A DNA stretch of 64,000 nt from Vermamoeba vermiformis. Its lineage: Eukaryota. The stretch is taken from assembly GCA_045837725.1 (NCBI GenBank), contig JBEWZL010000127.1, positions 124,001-188,000 on the forward strand, in the 5' to 3' direction. How positions within the stretch are numbered: position 1 is the first letter of the stretch; each line of letters begins with the position of its first letter. The notes below the pieces were generated by a model. That model did not search any database. It was given only the letters and a program-made list of their open reading frames with translations, and had not been told where the DNA came from. Shown piece after piece: positions 38,260 to 53,969 of the stretch. The translations under genes and the position numbers were made by a program.

Positions 38260-41102
38260 ATGTCCAAAAGAAAATTAGACCCAAAGAACTCGTTTGAAGA
38301 TGCAGAGATAAAGCGTAGAAGAATTGACTACGATCTTGACGATCTACCAGATGAGGTGCTGGTATGCATTCTAAATTTATTGGTGACGTCTATTGAAGGT
38401 AAAGCATATTTAAAAGGATATATTGCTATTTATTAAGTATTTTGGTGAATTATGATTTCAATTCTTTAGATCGAGATCTAATTCTTATTGCGACCAGCGA
38501 AATTGACTTGCCGAAAATGGTCCGAAATTATACGGTCTTACCATCGTACAACATGCTTCCAGCGCTGGCAAGGCGATATCGAATATGACATTTCTCACTT
38601 TGACACAACAAGCGCAGAAAGAAAAGAAGAGCTGCTCGAGAGGTATTTTATTCCTGTTTCGCTCTGTTGTGAAGGTAGGTCACTTAATATTATTTTAATT
38701 CTTTATTTATTCTCATGTCATTCCAGTTCCGTGCGTCGATTGGAGGCGGTACTATTTGATGCGGTAATTGTAACGTTTTAATTTAAAATGAAATTAAGTT
38801 ATAATTATTTGCCTAAATAGGTCAAACTACGAGCAATTACTGAAATTTCTCGGTTTGTCGATAACTTCGGAGTTGATATCTGACCGAATTGCAGAGGCCA
38901 TGCACAGCCTTAAAAAACCGTTGGACACCCCAGAAAAGTCATTATGTGCTGCATATTTCTTCTGCGATGCCGGAAGCATCGATTTGGAGCGAAAAAAGTC
39001 ACCGTTTTTGGACTCGTGGAACTACTGTGCAAAATTGTGGCACGTTAAAGACCGAAAAGGCAACACAAAGTAATTGCGTAACAAATTTGATATGAAAAAT
39101 ACTTACTGTTATATGACCTAGGATATGCCGGCTACTACTGAAATTGTATCACCTGGCCAAATTGAGACATGCCAAACAAGAAATACAACAAGCGGTGCTA
39201 TCAACATTAACGGAATGCTTCATAAAATCTTCTTTTGACGTTGAAATCTGTCGCGAGCTATTGAAAGCAGACGGGTTCATTTCACGTTGCTCCGTAAGTG
39301 ACCGCCACGCTTTTAGACTTTCTAACAAATCTCACGCCTCTCAGATCAAGGGTTGGAAAAACATTTTTTGGTATCCCTTGCAAGACGTTTTATGGGGCTC
39401 AGACCTGTTCAATACAATCTGCCGTGCCACAAAAGATCTTTTCGAAGAATTTGATCTTCAGAAAAAGCTTTCTCTGTTGGACATCCGTGTTCCCGACGAT
39501 TACAAAGAACGGTACAACGATGCCATGCAAAGGTAAGGACCACAATTCGAATCATATTTCCGTTCTAAAATTATCTTTGCAGCTTGGTCATCGATTACTT
39601 AGAACACAATGGCAACCACGAGATTTTGTTCGTTGATTGGCTGACTGACATTTTGAATCTTGAAGAAAGTCGAGACGAGGCTTATTCGACCTACTTGAAT
39701 ATAGTACTCAAAGAAAGTAACTTGGACTATTTCTATGACGCCACAAAGTACGGTACTCTTACCGATGGCATAATAAGTACTAACCAGATTCGGCAGGCAG
39801 AAACTATTAGCAAATTTGGTAATGAATTTAACGGAATCGAGAGTCAGTTTGCTCTCCGACTATCATCTAAAAGCTCTGCCAAGTCTGTTAAAATGCTCAA
39901 AGATTGCCGATCCGAAACGATTCTGCAAGAATTTGACGCTGCTACGCACTCGCCTTGATCCAGTACGTTGACGGTAGTAGTTTTTATGGACTTTCAATCT
40001 AACACTTTGTTGCAGTATTTGCCTTTGTACACCGATTTTTTCATGAACGACAGCTACTTGATGGCGAAACCTTTTTTCGAGTCAACTCTTTCGAGTTATC
40101 CTGCTGAAGCTATTAAGGTCATTCTGAACTTGACACCGTGCAATGCAAACATCACCAAGATGATAGCAGATGAATTTGAGTTGATTCAACGGAGTTTTGG
40201 TGATCGTTGGGAAGAGTTAAAAAACGAATTTGTGCAAAAAGTCCTTGGATTATTCCCGGAACAACTCCGCGACATCAAATTGGCATTGCCGACGAATGAA
40301 AACCTATCGAAAGAAGCAACGACAGTGCTCGCATTGCCTGCCATGGTATTCAACCAGACGCAATTAGGCGTGTTGAATCGTTTATTGCTTGTGGCTTGCG
40401 AACACACATTATCGGAGGACAATCAACGGCAATTGCTCAATTTGACCCTGGCACACGTCAAAGCGTTCCCCCACTTGACATTCACCGTTTGGTTGCCATT
40501 TTTGGAAAATTTTACTGCAGAGACGCTGCCGTATCACGTAGCGTTAATGATATTATTACCTGATGCAATGATGGCAGACCAATTCGCTCCGTGGATTGAA
40601 AATTTTGTCATCTCGTTGATAGTTACGTATCCTGAAACTGCACTCGAATGTATCCAACAGTTTGCACGAGGACGATTATCAATAGTCACGTGCGCACATA
40701 TTGTGTGCTTCTATGGCATTAGAGCCTTCAAAGAGACGTGTCTTCACGGCACCAATTATGCAACTGAAGTTAAAAGTAAGGCCTTAACCCGGGTTTTTTT
40801 ATTGCATGTATCGTTCTAATTATATTCATACAGCATTATTAGACGAAGCCCTATTGTACTTGGTTAATTCAGCACCCCGCACCTCCTATGACGTTGTGAA
40901 CTTGATGTGTATTTTGTTAGCGTGCTCGATGGTACATCCGCGCATTGAAGAGTTCACATGTCACAAACACGATTGGATAGTCGTTAGAGGCGCCCTGGCC
41001 CATACTCTAGTCCAGGATATACTGGGTGTTGATTTTGTAAATAATATTTTGAACAGCGGAATCGGGTTTATCGACATGATCCCTTATTTCAAGAATAAAT
41101 AA
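38260..41102 (+). CDS. F-box protein with basic N-terminal NLS-like segment and helical C-terminal region
   Basis: MSKRK...IKRRRIDYDLDDLPDEVL...LTCRKWSEII; long helical exons stay in frame after splicing. Confidence 0.7.
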
Positions 41103-41138
41103 ATGGATTATACTTGTTGGGCGTTTGCACAGGATATT

Positions 41139-42665
41139 CTACGTTGAAATTGAACCACATCGGTTGATAACATTGTAAATTTCTTCGAAATCAGGTTGAT
41201 ATGGATCTAGATCCAATATGAGCTGACCCAGTTCTTCGTAACCAAGATCTTCTGCCACTATTGTACTATGTTATAAATATCTATCATTGGTATTTTCTAA
41301 CCATACCTAATCCTAGTGTTGTAAAAACAGGAAAATGTGCCTCACTGAATGAATCGTTCTCATATATTAATATGCCCGCACTATCACTGAATACGATTAA
41401 TATATAAACACTATATCTATTACGATATACTTACTGGGTCAATTTCATCACGCTGTATGAATAATTGACAATGAATTTGAAATCGTAACCGCCCTTGCCG
41501 TCAGGAATGAGCCACAAATCCTGCGAGTCAAACATTCGTGTCTTCACAGACAATGACCGCGCAGCACAAATTTGATCTATCGGCACAATATAGCGACTGA
41601 ACAGTTGGTACAATTGCCGCACTGCTTTCAACACATCTTTTAACTACAACATATGCCTAACATTAGTAACATGATTAATATTTAGTTAATAATATTCTGA
41701 ATGGTAATTGGCTTACATTTTAGCTGGATAGGCGTTAAAGAGAGTGAGGCCACGGTGATAATATCGGAATACAAGCCAAGACACATTTTCGTACTCAAAT
41801 CCAAACTCAGCTGTGATCAAATGCGGCACTTTTTCTTTGCGTAAAATTCGATGTATTGCCTGGAAATATGCGCATTAGTTTAAAATAATCGAGTAAACGA
41901 TTATTACTAGTCAATAAGACCTTACCAAATCTTTCAAAATCTCTTCTTTTTGTCCGTACTGCCAGGCAATTTCGAACCAATTGTCGTTTTGATCGGCGAC
42001 TCTATGTCCTATTAAAACAAAGTCTTAGCAATGATTAAACACGGAACTGCGTTTTTTTACGGTGACTGTCTTGTTCCATAATTCTGAATACGGGCCTCGT
42101 TTGCAGTACGTTGTACTGCATCATTAAATTAGCCAAGTGTTCCAAATACTGTTCTGCATTCTCTGGATGTTTGATGTCGATTGGTGAATACGGCAAGCTC
42201 TGGTACACGTAATGGTAATTGTCGTATTTGGACTTGCCAGTGAGAATGTCATCGATAGACATAGGGCTATTGAGGCAGTTTAAGCTTTTCTCATGAATGC
42301 GTTCAACGATCTCTGGAGCAGCACCAGCGAGCTTAGCAGCTAAAAACGACAATTAATTAATTCATGAAATTCTCCGAAAAAAATTGTACCCGTTTACCTG
42401 CTGCCATTGATTGATAAACTGAATATGAAATATATTCGAAACAGCCGGAGAATAGGCATTTATCGCAGCGAAACAAAATATATACTGGAATCAGCTCGAA
42501 CTGCACGTACCGATATTACCGAGCACAGACTCATTTAATTTCATACTTAAAATCGAATCCTTTTTCCTTATTTGGCAGTATAATGAGGAGGTGTAGAGAT
42601 ATTTGGAAGCGTATTTGTATAAGGCGAATACCTCTCACCGTCAAAAAACTCGATAGACCTACTGC
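41139..42665 (-). pseudogene. Inverted paralog of the tandem pseudokinase at 1666-3908; second domain intact, first domain eroded
   Basis: 41125-42425 is the reverse complement of about 2610-3925 with high identity including introns. 42430-42665 keeps only fragments (PNKEKGFDFKYEI) with deletions. Could be a truncated but expressed gene. Confidence 0.65.
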
Positions 42666-43688
42666 AAAAGTATAAAATTTCTCCAGCATTGTTAGAAAAA
42701 AGCGGAAGAAAACAGCTCTCTTTGTTCTCTCGCTATTCTCGTGCGACCCCCACACCACTAAATCATTTATTACGCTATGAATACGCGCACTTCATTCGCA
42801 TTATTTTGCTTTTACTTCACTATTATTGATATTTCCCTTCCTGTGCGGGAAAGAAGCGCAGACTTCGAAAGCGGAGAGGGTATTACTGAGAAGGATCAGA
42901 GAGAAGCAAGCGCTCGGGACATTTTAGGGTGTTAGGGAGATAAATTAGATTTGAGACCATTGCCGTGGAAGTATTAGGTTAATATATTGAAGTACTCTAC
43001 TGTCGTCCGTAACTGTCAGGGGTTAGTTTTTACGGATTCGAAATTGAGTCACGAGTGTCGTGAGAATTTTACTTACCCATTCATGCTCAAGCATAGCGTC
43101 CCAATAGGCGATAAATAGAAGTACAACTTGTGGAACTGGAAAAAGAATAAAATTAATGACACGATCTTAAATTGTTGATTAGGCGTTATTTATAGAGAAG
43201 TTCAGATGATCTATTAATTAAATCAATAATATTCAAACTACCAACGAGTGAATTTATAAAATATTGGCAAATTTATGTCGATTAATGCAATTTTATTGTA
43301 AAATTGAAAAATCTTCTCACCATAACTCGTTAAATATAGCCTCCGCGTTGTTGACGAGCTCTTAATCTATGATTAAATAAGAGTTAATAACGTTATCAAT
43401 AATCATAAATTGCTTACGTATTTCCACAAGCAATAAACATTTCGGATGGCAAGTCCCAAAGCTATCAGGCGGATTACAGGTGAGGAATCGTTGTCGAATT
43501 TTGTGTTCATTAGTGAATTTACTTGCGCATAATAATAATATTCCGCCGCATTGACTTATGGTGCCAAGCTTAGAAACATTAATTAAACTTGGAATCTAGA
43601 TCTCGTTGCAAAAATGATACACGCCTTTTTTTGGTTTATGTGAATTTACACTAAGCACGTTATCCTTATTGATTACAATTTACATCGT

Positions 43689-45717
43689 TTAAGGCGCCAC
43701 AACAAAGTCTTTGTTCGGTTCTATCATTTCAGGATTCGCATCCCAGTTGTTGTGATGACACAGATTGTCTAATCCAGCGTTGCAATCTTCTTGATTAAAC
43801 ACGGGATGTAAACATTCAGCTAATTTGTCTTGCTTTTGTTCCGTAGAAAACCCTTGGAAGTTGAAGTCGCTCTTGCACACGAAAACTCGCTTGCGATCTG
43901 TGTGGACATTCAACGCGTCACAGATCTTAGCGTTGGCTTCACGGGCATGAATGATACGCACAGGTCCAGTTAAGATCATCGTTTGTTGGTGACGTCTCAT
44001 GCCTCCCCAATCTGATCAGATCCAAAAAGTCAAAACGAGAATATTTAAATATTTAATACTCGAATACTGCTATAGTAATCATTCCTTAATCTTAGAAAAT
44101 AAAATTGAAGGAAATTTCGAGCTAAGGTTTTCTTTTAAAGGTTGGATCTTACCTTCGTTTTCACCAGGAGAAAATCTGCATGAATGAGTTGAGCTTAACA
44201 ATCCAATATTGACCTTGCCTTTAAGTGTTCTCATCGCACGCAATAATCTTGCTTGATCGTCGCCCCAATAATCTTCGACGAATTGATTGAACCACGCGAG
44301 CAGCAACTTTCGCGTCCTTTCGTTCCATTTATAGGCATAAACTCCGCAATCGGGCAAGTGGAATCTATCAGGCACGTGACCGTTGATAGCAAAATCATAG
44401 CTATGGTCTTCCAAAAAGTCAAAGAACGACGCCAACTCGCCGCAATTCCACGTGTCCGAATCGACGAACAATGACAGCTCGAAGGGTGCGAATGATGTGT
44501 AAATGACACGTGTGCTCCATTGACGGTCCTTGTTGAACATGAGCTCGTGCTTGATGCCTATGATACGGTCGAACAGTCCCTCTTTGTTGTCGAAGTCTTT
44601 GTCGTTCGTGAACAGGGACAAAAGTACCGTGCCCTTGGGGTTGTTCTTTCTGTACAGTCGCGCTGATTCAACTGCAGCATTGATACCCGATTGCATGGTG
44701 TGTTTGTTGGGATTGTACGCGAAGAAATTGATGCTCCTGCCTTTTTTGGGAATGTACTTGGCGTACTCGAGTTGCAGTGCGAGATCCTGTCTTCTCGCAA
44801 AGTTTGTATCAACAGGCTTGACCTCGCCAGTGCAAAAATCGCTGACACATTGTGGATTGACGAACGCGTTCTCGCGGCTGTAGGCGTGATTTTTGCTCCA
44901 TACAACCAAGTTTTTTAGTTTCACGAACATTCTGCTCGCGAGCCACGCAGCCTCCCAATGGTCCTTGTTTTTAAATGCGCCATAATGCACGATGTCGCAT
45001 TCCACTTGCTTTTGTTGCAATGTGAAGTCAGCCAATGCATTTAGAAATTCACCTGGAATCACTTCGATGCCCTGTTCGGATCACACCCGTTAGTAAAATT
45101 CATACGAAATTGTATGACGCATACTTGCTAATAAAGATTTTTTAATAAAATGAGTAATTTCATAATTCTTAATAATTAGCAGCATTGAATAAGTTGGTCA
45201 AGTCTAACGGAATTATCGGATAAATATTTTAAGTATTTAGCCCTTTAAATTCACTTCAACATTACTATTAATTTGCAAATGCACAACGCAATATTCATAT
45301 TAATATTAAAATTAATTTATTAGGCCATAGAAAAGTAATTTTAATAAATTCGGTTAGGAACTTTGTGCAGTTTGAACTTACGTTATTTGATAGCTTTTTC
45401 GAATCTTTACGATGTATAGCAAATAATTTAAATGAGTTGTCCTTGTTAAACTCAATCCACTCTCCGATCTGGGCTGAAGGCAACGAAACGAGGCAAATAT
45501 TTCCGCTCTTAGCCTTAATATTATCAAAAATTTCTTGCAATACTTTCGGCGCCTTTATTTCGACATTGTCTTCCTCGTCGTTTGGATCGTCACGCAAATC
45601 TTGCTCAACATCCTCGGAAACAATTGTTGTAGCTCGCCGTGATGCGATAATATTGGCACTAAATACAAAAAAAGCGCATAATATTAAAAATACGATTATA
45701 CGCTGTTTCCGTGACAT
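43689..45717 (-). CDS. Type II membrane GT-A fold glycosyltransferase-like protein
   Basis: Short basic tail plus TM (MSRKQRIIVFLILCAFFVFSANII), stem, SPFELSLFVDSDT-like DxD motif (APFELSLFVDSDTW), DCGVYAYK and WGDDQARL. Confidence 0.7.
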
Positions 45718-45968
45718 GTTTGGTCTTCAGGGTCCGACCAGAAAAATAACTGCTTTCAGTTGATCGAAAAAAATGTTCGTTTGGCCGCGTTTAAAAACAT
45801 TGCAATTGAAGGAATACTGCGAATATAGCAAAATAACACCGTATCTATCACTAAACGCTGATCCGATCTCACCCAAAGATCCAATTCTTTTTTGACTCGG
45901 ATCTTCTTGGAGACAAACAAACCAAATGCTTAATGTGCACTAGCAAAGCTTACTGCTTAAATGTTTAT

Positions 45969-48900
45969 TTACAATTTCTCGTGTCGTAAACCGAGATCAT
46001 GCACCAGGTGCAGGTACCACTTGATGCAAGTTTCTTTTCGCGTGTAATCAAAGTTATTCGAAATTATCTTGAATAATAACTTGCATAATAAAAGTTGGAA
46101 TTTTTTCGGCGACGAGTGGATAATTTCTTCGATGAGTCGCAGCAAGAAATTCAAAAAGTATAAGTTGACGATGGTGACCATTTGGAACAATATGATAGTG
46201 ATGTACGTCGCTGATTTGGTCAATTGAATCGATTTGATCTTCTCGGCAATGCTCTTGAGCCAATGAGCAATCAGCGGGCTCGTGGGAGGAAATTTCGTTA
46301 CAACGGTTGTAGTGTTTTCTGCCAACGATTCCACACTTGTTAACTCAGGATAGTGCTGTGGTAATAATAATAAGGTCAATAATCTCAAAGCTACTGCAGC
46401 GAATTGTATTTTTTTGGGGATCTAGATCCGTCTTTCCGGCGCAACGAGGAACGGTTGGTTTCCGATATATTCGTAAACTAGTATATTATACTTACGTGCA
46501 GTGACAGCTTCAAGTAATAAGGCGCTATTTCCTCGCGAAGAGATAGATTGGGATTGGCAAAAATTCGTCTAAAGACACCGTGGGACTTTCGGTTGATATT
46601 TTTGTTGGAATGCTCGATGAAACTGCATAAACGACAACAATTAGCGTTACATGCTGTCTATACGTATATACTTGATATGCTTACATGAACAACAGAGGCA
46701 GGATCGTATGGCGCAATTGGTTCGGCTGATTGAGTGCACCAGGTCGGTTGATTAGACTCAAATTGAGCGACTGTTGCTCGCCAATTGGACCAGCAGGATT
46801 GTAGCCACTGCTGTCTTCTTCATTAATATTAGCCTGATTTGGATGTTGTGCAGCGAGCTTTTGCTTGACATCATCTTCATCTTGGTGCAACTCATCTTGC
46901 GTGACTTCAACTGGCGAGTTCTCGATGAAATATCGATTGACAAATGTTTCTTGCTCCAACAGGATGTCAAAAATGTTCAAAAAGTGCGAGAACTTCGAGA
47001 TTGTCATTTTGTCCTTCGGCGCAATACTATCCTTCGTGAACTTATCTTTGTCTAATAATAACATTAATAAAATACACGTTTAACGCCATCTATATATGAT
47101 CTTACCGTTGATTAAAGGAATGAAGCTAATGAGTCGTGGCAAGAAGTTGACTGGATCTTGATTCGACACAAACACCACGAGGTCCAACAACAGTTCACGT
47201 TGCAAATTAAGTCCTTTGAAGCTGCAGAACTCAATGTAACCCAAGAAATCTAAGGCCAGATATGTTTGTTCGACTACAAAAGTTGTTAATTATCGAGAAG
47301 CTAATTGGTTGATACAACGGGTCCTTACTATTAAGTCGTTCTTCGATGATCTTCAAGCAGACAATGTACGACAAAAAGATCGTCGTAAAGATTGGTTTCA
47401 TAACTACAACCCGTGTGTTAAAAAATCGATTCTATCATAAAGTACAAGTAGCAGTACGTACTTTTGCCGGCGCCGTTTAGACCCATCGGTGTATTGGACT
47501 TATTTTGCGCGATGCTGTTGCCAAGATATCTCCTCCAAAGCTCGTGAATGTGTCGTGCAAACGAAGCCAGTCTGATACGAGAATGACATTAGAATTAGTT
47601 TATCCTTGAAAAGTTTGACACGTGTCACATACCTCAACACGATTTGATTGCACAAGTATGGGTTTTCAATCTGCAAAAATAACTCCGCAACAGCGTGCGT
47701 GAAATAATTCGACAATTTGAACAACGGACTTCCAGACCGACGATCCACCTATAAGAATTATCACATAAGTTCGTGTCACTAAGAAATTATTAGTCAGTAT
47801 TTACGTGTTGAACTAGCTCCGTTGTACTGCCGCTGCTAATGAGAATCTGTTCAAAATCGAGTACGTCTTCTAGTAACACATCCAAGATGATTTGAATGAT
47901 GGTCTCATCGCTAATGTTCGGGAACTTCTTTTCGATTAACACGCACAACACTGCGAGACCTTGACGCCAGTGTCGCCAAACATCGGGAGATTTCATCTTG
48001 TAAGCTAAATCAAAGTGTTAATCACGGAAAGTAATATTAAATATATTATTATTAGATATTTAATATTTGATAATGAATGTACGTACCATTAAGCTCGAAA
48101 ATGCCCGAAGTGACCAGATCGTCAAAAGAATTGATTACTTGTGCCGGTTCTGATTCTTCTCGCGACAGCATTCCTTTCCTAATATAGCCATAAGTATGAT
48201 TATATAACTACCTCTCATATTTTCTTCGCTCAATACTTACATTACTCCTGCTGCTGCAAATAGACACATAAACTTTGCGACTGTTCGAATGGAGTTAGTG
48301 ACACGTGTCAAACGATAATATTGACAGAATAAGAACGTACCGGGATTCTCCGTCTTGCCAAATGAATGTTGACAAACGTTCATGAGCTGAATCAACCAAT
48401 CAGTTTCGTCTTCAATATCCACCACTGGATGTTGCAGTGCCATTTCCAAATTTGGATTTTCTGGTGGCAAAACTTTCTCGTTGGCGTTGTTATTCATCAC
48501 GACAGCAGTCTTCGCGTTGTCAGATTTATTCTCCGCGTCTTTCTTTTCCTTCTTTTTCTTGTTCTTGTACAGATATTTTCTGTACTTTCTCTTGCGCAGC
48601 GGCAAAGACTCGTACCTCGCCATGCGCGTACGATACACGTGCCGAAATATTTTGTTCAATTGCAGCGCTACTGTCAAGTTGAATAAATTGTCGTAAGGAT
48701 TGACGGGCAGTGGTTTGTTTTTGTTCAATGTTTGTGCCATGCGATTGTAGTCCACAGCTTGTTGTGATTTTTCACTGCCTTGACCCATTTGCGCATTCAT
48801 CGAAGAAATTTCCTAATATATACATTAGAACGTACCATATTAAACTCCAAATGCTATAATTTAATTTAATTTACCTGTAATACGGCTGTTTCGCTCGAAT

Positions 48901-51176
48901 TGCTCGTGGCTGAGCGTTTTATTTGTGACTTCTGCTGATTGGCTGGTACGCGAGGAACATTAATCGGTTTTCTTTCCGGCTTTTGCGGGGGCGGTGGCAC
49001 TTCTATTTTTGGCGGATTCTTGATTGGATCTTCAATGTAAGTCCACAAATTCAGCAACAATTGTGCGGTCTCGAGTAACTGTCCTTCCGTAATATTCGTC
49101 ATCAAATGACCCACGCCGTTAAGTAACGATGATAAGTACGGGCTCGTGCTGCAAAAAATCATTAATAAATGCACCACTCTCGCATGAAATAATAAATTAA
49201 TTAAACTTACACGAATTCTTTTGGTTGATCGCGCAAATAAGAAATGATAATATCGTACGCGCCTTTAGCGTCTAGTGTTGGCAACACACCAACAGCAGCG
49301 CCTAAAAATACGACGCAAAGCGGAAAAATTCTGTCCGAGGTCTTGATGCCCGTCATCATCTTCTTCACGAGTTCAATACTGTCTAATATTCTATTGACAT
49401 CCGGCAACTTATCATCGTCCATTAACGGCGGCACTATCCAACACTGTTAATATTTCCTAATATGGAAGTGAAAATATTCTTCACTTACAGTTTGGCGTTG
49501 AGAAGCTAACGGCAGGCTCGACAATTGGTTTTTTGAAATGATCGATCAAACAGAACTTCGTTAACAATCGCAAACAGTGTTCGGGAATCTCCTGCAGCGT
49601 GATTTGTTTGTCAAGGTACGCGGCCATGATCGAATTTATCAGCGCTAAATTCTTGTCTGAAAATATTGCTGCATCTAACTCTTGCAATCTCTCGCTCAAA
49701 AACCGGAGATTAAATAACACCTAATAATAAATTATGTTAATAATGGTAATAAATAAATATGGTATACAGAATACGCTATAATTAGTAACAAAAATAGAAA
49801 GTCTGAAGTACTTACAATTTTTTCACTCTTGCCAAAATATTCTCTAATTCGTGTAAAACAATCTTCTTGCAAGAAATAATCTCGTTTTTTCTCTGAAAAT
49901 TATTATTTGTTAGCATGAATTATGCGTCAATACAAAAAGTCCGTACCAAAAGCAGGTTTCTGATTATCAACATCATTCGGGTTCGATGTCTCGTCTGCAT
50001 TAGCATATAATTCATTTTTTAAGATCGCTTCAGCCTTCTTTTGCATATTAATGAACTCTAGCGTGCCTGTCTCGAATAACTCGTTGTAGTGCAAACTCGC
50101 CTTGTGAACATAACTACAAGATTCATAAAATTAATTAATATGATATTACTATAATAGCCAATGTGGCCTATTATACGTACATATTGTTTTCATCGTCGAA
50201 ATAATTGTTGTAGAATCGAATTCTTCGCTCCACAAGGCCATTGATAAAATTATCAAATTTTAGTTTTGTCTTGAAGAACGGCAAATCGATTTTCTAACGT
50301 AATATTAGCACCATATATATGACAGTATTAATGTACGTACTCGTTGTTTGAGTTTAAATAATATAGAATACAGACGCAGGGACTCTTCGGGTGTGGACTT
50401 GATAAGTTTGACGTATAATAGCATGAGTAAGAATGGAATGAACGGGCCTTTGTGCACTGCTGGCAAATGCCTAGAAAAAATTGCGTTAATTAATTTAGCA
50501 GCAAATTTAATATGGAGATCCAAGATCCGGCAAAATATTTATCCGTTTTGGCTTATGTAAATTACAACTAATTATTATGGATATTTTCCACTTACTCTTT
50601 TTCTACTATTTTACTATAATCTTGGTACTCTAATGCCGCAAATATCGTGTCAAAATTAAATTCACCACGAAGGGATCCAATCATTTTGAACACGTCAAAC
50701 ACCGTTGCAGGGTTGAATAAATTTTGTACAAAAATTAAATTCGACGAAGAGAAGCCATTAACTTGCTCTTTACGCTTAGCACGCTGATCTGTATTAAACA
50801 AAAAAATTAAAATTATTATTACCAGTTAAATTGGCAATTATATTGGATGTGGCTTTAACAAATGATATGTTATATTATTGAGATATTTACATAATTTAAA
50901 ATTATGCTGTAAGCGAATTTTTACTGGCTTTTGAAATAAACCATAAACTGATTACTTACGAGACGAAGACGTTGGTTCTAAATGCCCAATTGTAGAAGCG
51001 ATGCGCGGTAAATATTTTAATCGGCCATTGATTATATAAGACATAAACATCCGACACCAATACTCGATGTCGTTTGCCTGGCTCTTTTTAGGCTCTTTTG
51101 GAGCAGGCACATGCTTCTTCACCGTATGTTCCTTCCTTTTAATGAGCAATTCATCCTGTTGTGCTAGCTTGGACAT
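45969..51176 (-). CDS. Large multi-exon alpha-helical (ARM/HEAT-like) hypothetical protein
   Basis: Chain of same-strand exons joined by GT-AG introns from MSKLAQQDE to FDYTRKETCIKWYLHLVHDLGLRHEKL-stop; Leu/Ile-rich amphipathic helices; family not identified. Confidence 0.65.
47616..47627. other. Intronic palindrome TGACACGTGTCA (copy 2)
   Basis: Immediately after the GTATG donor of a minus-strand intron. Confidence 0.9.
48299..48310. other. Intronic palindrome TGACACGTGTCA (copy 3)
   Basis: Directly abuts the CTAAC branch point of a minus-strand intron. Confidence 0.9.
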
Positions 51177-51454
51177 TGTTTAAAGAGCTTTGAAACCGGA
51201 TCGTCGGGAACAACAAAAATTCCACAGCGAAATTAATTTGCAATATTAGAATGATATAACCAAAAAATCTGCTCCTCAAAGAGTCTTCTACGATAATAAA
51301 TTGTATAGCAAGTATTAACGCATCAAGTTAGCGAGATCAGGCCCTTCATTGATCTCAATCTGACTTTGAAAATGCCAGCCACGAGTGTTATTAAAACAAT
51401 TTATTTATACACGGCACCAGAGCACGTGTATGAGTGTACATTAACAGTAGATGT

Positions 51455-53605
<2,151 letters not shown>

Positions 53606-53969
53606 TTATAACAAGTGTTGTATTCGTGTTACAAGCAAAAGATGAATAGCCACACAATGTTTGAGCTTTTTTTGTGGACCGAACTTGCCCGTCGGAATTT
53701 TATCGAAGATTCTAAACCTAAGAAATGTCTTATTTGACGAAGAGGTATGGAAAGAAGCGGAACGTAATATGAGTATCATCAAATACACGATATTGACTGA
53801 AAGCCACTTAATCCGCAACAATAAGATCAAGATCTCCGTTGTCCCTCGTGCAATCTCTGACTGCTTTTGCCGGCTTACTCTTTGCGCATGCTGAAAGAGA
53901 TTTGAATTTGTCGGAGGTTATAAGTAGTGGTCGCAGACGCTGGAACATTATTTTTTCTTGTCAAGCAGG

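Noticed and set aside
39956-39958. In-frame TGA suggesting selenocysteine or readthrough in the F-box gene
   Set aside because: Splicing of the intron near 39749-39796 changes the frame, so the TGA is not in the coding frame.
41089-41141. Coding overlap between the F-box gene and the inverted pseudokinase copy
   Set aside because: Correct exon phase places the stop at 41139-41141, so the CDSs do not overlap.
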